DNA of 64,000 nucleotides. Origin: Macrostomum hystrix. Lineage: Eukaryota; Animalia; Platyhelminthes. Location of the stretch: the NCBI GenBank assembly GCA_950097015.1, contig CATNEN010000029.1:6510001-6574000 (forward strand), read 5' to 3'. A program made the translations under genes and the position numbers. The number at the start of each line of letters is the position of its first letter. The stretch's first letter is position 1. Positions 59,790 to 64,000 of this stretch are shown here, in pieces. The notes under the pieces were generated by a model that did no database searches, was not told the DNA's origin, and was given only the letters and a program-made list of their open reading frames with translations.

Positions 59790-61960
59790 TGTGAGACAGT
59801 GATAGAGTGAGACAGAGTGAGAGAGTGAGAGTGAGAGAGTGAGAGTGAGAGAGCGAGAGTGAGAGAGCGAGAGAGCGAGAGTGAGAAAGTGAGAGTGAGA
59901 AAATGAGAGTGAGAGACTGAGAGTGAGAGATTGAGAGTGAGAAAATGAGAGTGAGAGAGTGAGAGTGAGAGAGTGAGAGTGAGAAAATGAGAGTGAGAAA
60001 ATGAGAGTGAGAGAGTGAGAGTGAGAAAATGAGAGTGATAGAGCGAGAGTGAGAAAGTGAGATTGAGAAAATGAGAGTGAGAGAGTGAGAGTGAGAGAGT
60101 GAGAGTGAGAGAGCGAGAGTGAGAAAGTGAGAGTGAGAAAATGAGAGTGAGAGAGTGAGAGTGAGAGAGTGAGAGTGAGAAAATGAGAGTGATAGAGCGA
60201 GAGTGAGAGAGTGAGAGTGAGAGAGCGAGAGTGAGAAAGTGAGAGTGAGAAAATGAGAGTGAGAGAGTGAGAGTGAGAGAGTGAAGTGAGAGAGCGAGAG
60301 TGAGAGAGTGAGAGTGAGAGAGTGAGAGTGAGAGAGCGAGAGTGAGAGAGCGAGAGTGAGAAAGTGAGAGTGAGAAAATGAGAGTGAGAGAGGGAGAGTG
60401 AGAGAGTGAGAGTGAGAGAGTGAGAATGAGAGAGCGAGAGTGAGTGAGACAGAGTGAGTGAGACAGAGTGAGAGAGCGAGAGTGAGAAAGTGAGAGTGAG
60501 AGAGCGAGAGTGAGAAAGTGAGAGTGAGAAAATGAGAGTGAGAGAGTGAGAGTGAGAGAGTGAGAGTGAGAAAATGAGAGTGATAGAGCGAGAGTGAGAG
60601 AGTGAGAGTGAGAGAGCGAGAGTGAGAAAGTGAGAGTGAGAAAATGAGAGTGAGAGAGTGAGAGTGAGAAAGTGAGAGTGAGAAAATGAGAGTGAGAGAG
60701 TGAGAGTGAGAGAGTGAGAGTGAGAGAGCGAGAGTGAGAAAGTGAGAGTGAGAAAATGAGAGTGAGAGACTGAGAGTGAGAGAGTGAGAGTGAGAGAGTG
60801 AGAGTGAGAGACTGAGAGTGAGAGAGTGAGAGTGAGAGACTGAGAGTGAGAGATTGAGAGTGAGAAAATGAGAGTGAGAGAGTGAGAGTGAGAGAGTGAG
60901 AGTGAGAGAGCGAGAGTGAGAAAGTGAGAGTGAGAAAATGAGAGTGAGAAAATGAGAGTGAGAGAGTGAGAGTGAGAGAGTGAGAGTGAGAGAGCGAGAG
61001 TGAGAAAGTGAGAGTGAGAAAATGAGAGTGAGAAAGTGAGAGTGAGAGAGTGAGAGTGAGAGAGCGAGAGTGAGAGAGTGAGAGTGAGAGAGTGAGAGTG
61101 AGAGAGCGAGAGTGAGTGAGACAGAGTGAGTGAGACAGAGTGAGAGAGCGAGAGTGAGAAAGTGAGAGTGAGAGAGCGAGAGTGAGAAAGTGAGAGTGAG
61201 AGGGTGAGAGTGAGAGAGTGAGAGTGAGAAAATGAGAGTGATAGAGCGAGAGTGAGAAAGTGAGAGTGAGAAAATGAGAGTGAGAGACTGAGAGTGAGAG
61301 AGTGAGAGTGAGAGAGTGAGAGTGAGAGACTGAGAGTGAGAGAGTGAGAGTGAGAGACTGAGAGTGAGAGATTGAGAGTGAGAAAATGAGAGTGAGAGAG
61401 TGAGAGTGAGAGAGTGAGAGTGAGAGAGCGAGAGTGAGAAAGTGAGAGTGAGAAAATGAGAGTGAGAAAATGAGAGTGAGAGAGTGAGAGTGAGAGAGTG
61501 AGAGTGAGAGAGCGAGAGTGAGAAAGTGAGAGTGAGAAAATGAGAGTGAGAAAATGAGAGTGAGAGAGTGAGAGTGAGAGAGCGAGAGTGAGAAAGTGAG
61601 AGTGAGAGAGCGAGAGTGAGAAAGTGAGAGTGAGAGGGTGAGAGTGAGAGAGTGAGAGTGAGAAAATGAGAGTGATAGAGCGAGAGTGAGAAAGTGAGAG
61701 TGAGAAAATGAGAGTGAGAGAGTGAGAGTGAGAGAGTGAGAGTGAGAGAGCGAGAGTGAGTGAGTGAGAGTGAGAGAGTGAGAGTGAGAAAATGAGAGTG
61801 AGAGAGTGAGAGTGAGAGAGCGAGAGTGAGAAAGTGAGAGTGAGAAAATGAGAGTGAGAGAGTGAGAGTGAGAGAGTGACAGTGAGAGAGCGAGATTGAG
61901 AAAGTGAGAGTGAGAGAGTGAGAGTGAGAGAGCGAGAGTGAGTGAGACAGAGTGAGAGAG
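59790..61960. repeat. (GAGAGT/GAGAAAAT) compound GA-rich satellite
   Basis: Direct reading. Confidence 0.97.
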
Positions 61961-62644
61961 TGGGAGGAGTAAGAGAATAAGGACAGTTAGAGTGCGTGAA
62001 TGAATTAGGACGTGTGACAGCGAGAAAGAGAAAGACTGAGAGAATGTGATTAGAAAAAATGAAGAAAATAGCTCGTATGTTGTACCATGATGATGTATCC
62101 TTATTTTATTATCTTAGCAAGCACAATGTTATTTGGCTTTGAAACTCACCTTTCAAATGGATTTGCTATTTAAACTAGCATTTTTTGAAAACCATCATTT
62201 TACATGCTTTTACACTCGATTCTTCTTAAGTACTAAGTTGACTTAAAATTAGCGGATCAAAGATTAGCAAAGAAAATTGACCCATTAATAATGATTGCTT
62301 GTCAATAGAATTAATGAAATTCAATATAGAATTTTTTAATAAAGCGACTATACTTTAGTGGACAGGTGAAAATATGCTACTCAAATCTTGTCAAGTGGCT
62401 GGTGTTGTTGTCAAGGCTTCCTTAAGTCTGCCTTCCCTATCCTTCTGTATATTATTAGCACAGAATGTGCGAAAAGGGAATTAATATCCATCTCTGAGGG
62501 GCTTTAATCCGAACTTAATGAGAAAAGGTTGTCCACCTATATGCTCCATTACATAGCGACGATATATCAAAATGTTTTCTAGGCAATTGAAAATGAAATC
62601 AAAGATTGTGTCATTTACAGTAACACTTTACTTGCTAGATTGCG

Positions 62645-62995
62645 AATGGCGAATTTGAGAATGGCGCATTTGAGAATGGCGCATCTGAGAATGGCGCATT
62701 TGAGAATGGCGCATTTGAGAATGGCGCATCTGAGAATGGCGCATCTGAGAATGGCGCATTTGAGAATGGCGCATTTGAGAATGACGCATCTGAGAATGGC
62801 GCATCTGAGAATGGCGCATCTGAGAATGGCGCATCTGAGAATGGCGCATCTGAGAATGGCGCATCTGAGAATGGCGCATTTGAGAATGACGCATCTGAGA
62901 ATGGCGCATCTGAGAATGGCGCATCTGAGAATGGCGCATCTGAGAATGGCGCATCTGAGAATGGCGCATTTGAGAATGGCGCATTTGAGAATGGC
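62645..62995. repeat. 15-bp minisatellite (GAGAATGGCGCATCT)n
   Basis: Direct reading. It explains the CAILR / MRHSQ ORFs. Confidence 0.97.
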
Positions 62996-63699
62996 GCTTT
63001 GCAATTGATATTCTGAGAGTGAATTTTTTGCTAGTTCTTCAATGATCTGAAGGTTTTTCTCTGAGACAAGTCGGGAGAGACAAAATTGAATCAAAGCCCT
63101 TATAACTCAATCAGATTTATAAAGCCTATCTATACGGAAATCCAGCATTACAAATCAATCAGTCTAGAGTGTGGCTTCATTTGCTAATAAGGCGGCACAA
63201 TCTCGTTAATTAGCTTCAGGTGATTTAATTGGATTATTTGTTCTATCTTGCGTGTTTTATCTGATGCCCTGAACACTGATTTATTTCTGTCTAATTGAAG
63301 CAAACATCCTGGCTACGATTTTTCCTCCTGGGGGATAAGTGAGGAATTCAACTGAAGAAGTGGCCATAGACAGTTGACATTCACACCTTGTTCGGCGTGT
63401 AAAATAAAACAGAAGTGTGAAATTCAAAGCACTGACACCTGCTTGATGAGCGCAATGACTGCTCGTAGCGATTTAGTTTAGTTCCACAAGTTGTCAAAAT
63501 TGCCATCTTGCTTTTGTCACCCGCTTAACTGACACCCCTTTGAAATTGACCGTTTGATGCTTCGGTAGTGAATCAGGAAATTTAGAGTGTCAAGACGATA
63601 ACGGAGTTTTATAGGAGGTTATGGAAAGTAGAACAAGAGATAGATAGAAAATCGATAGACAAATATAAAAAAACTGATGAGAGAGAAGAAGGGAAAAGG

Positions 63700-64000
63700 A
63701 GACAGTGAGAAGGAGAGGATGAGGTGAGGGTGAGAAGAGAATGAGAAGGAGAGAATGAGGTGAGGGTGAGAAGAGAATGAGAAGGAGAGGATGATGTGAG
63801 GGTGAGAAGAGAATGAGAAGGAGAGGATGAGGTGAGGGTGAGAAGAGAATGAGAAGGAGAGGATAAGGTGAGGGTGAGAAGAGAATGAGAAGGAGAGGAT
63901 GAAAAGGAGAGAATAAGAAGGAGAGGATGAGAAGGAGAGGGTGAGAAGGAGAGGGTGAGAAGGAGAGGGTGAGAAGGAGAGGGTGAGAAGGAGAGAATAA
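63700..64000. repeat. GA-rich tandem repeat running off the window edge
   Basis: Direct reading. Confidence 0.9.

Noticed and set aside
30256-63094. Long ORFs such as SRQLTHSIF, CSTIYPTG, HSNYPSIP, LVGW/NQPT, SSVPSVP and CAILR repeats
   Set aside because: They are stop-free readings of minisatellites, usually open in several frames or on both strands, with no unique domain or splice logic.
1-64000. Spliced-leader RNA, snRNA or rRNA genes
   Set aside because: No sequence I recognise as such was found by eye. An Infernal search would be needed to exclude them.

Overview
Eukaryotic (animal) genomic DNA with spliceosomal introns. The gene set, codon style and minisatellite-filled introns suggest a free-living flatworm such as Macrostomum; this is inference, not proven. 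1-30 kb is gene-dense: five co-oriented + strand genes (Rictor, intronless RPL11, OSCP1, intronless UBE2C, intronless RPL27), then a minus-strand PLEKHG5/6/7-type RhoGEF with two +1 frameshifts, interspersed with a tRNA-derived CORE-type SINE family and several MITEs. 30-64 kb is dominated by about 20 different tandem-repeat arrays. These separate scattered, poorly joining minus-strand exons (about 31.8-46.4 kb) and fill the introns of an intact six-exon secreted beta-lactamase-fold serine hydrolase gene (50.1-54.9 kb). Most long ORFs in the track after 30 kb are repeat artefacts. The most striking feature is a 110-nt minus-strand cassette at 42083-42192. It has a tRNA-like 5' half with an A box, a complete minimal type I hammerhead ribozyme where the 3' anticodon arm and variable arm should be, then a B box and a T6 terminator. 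This reads as a candidate Pol III gene whose RNA cleaves itself.
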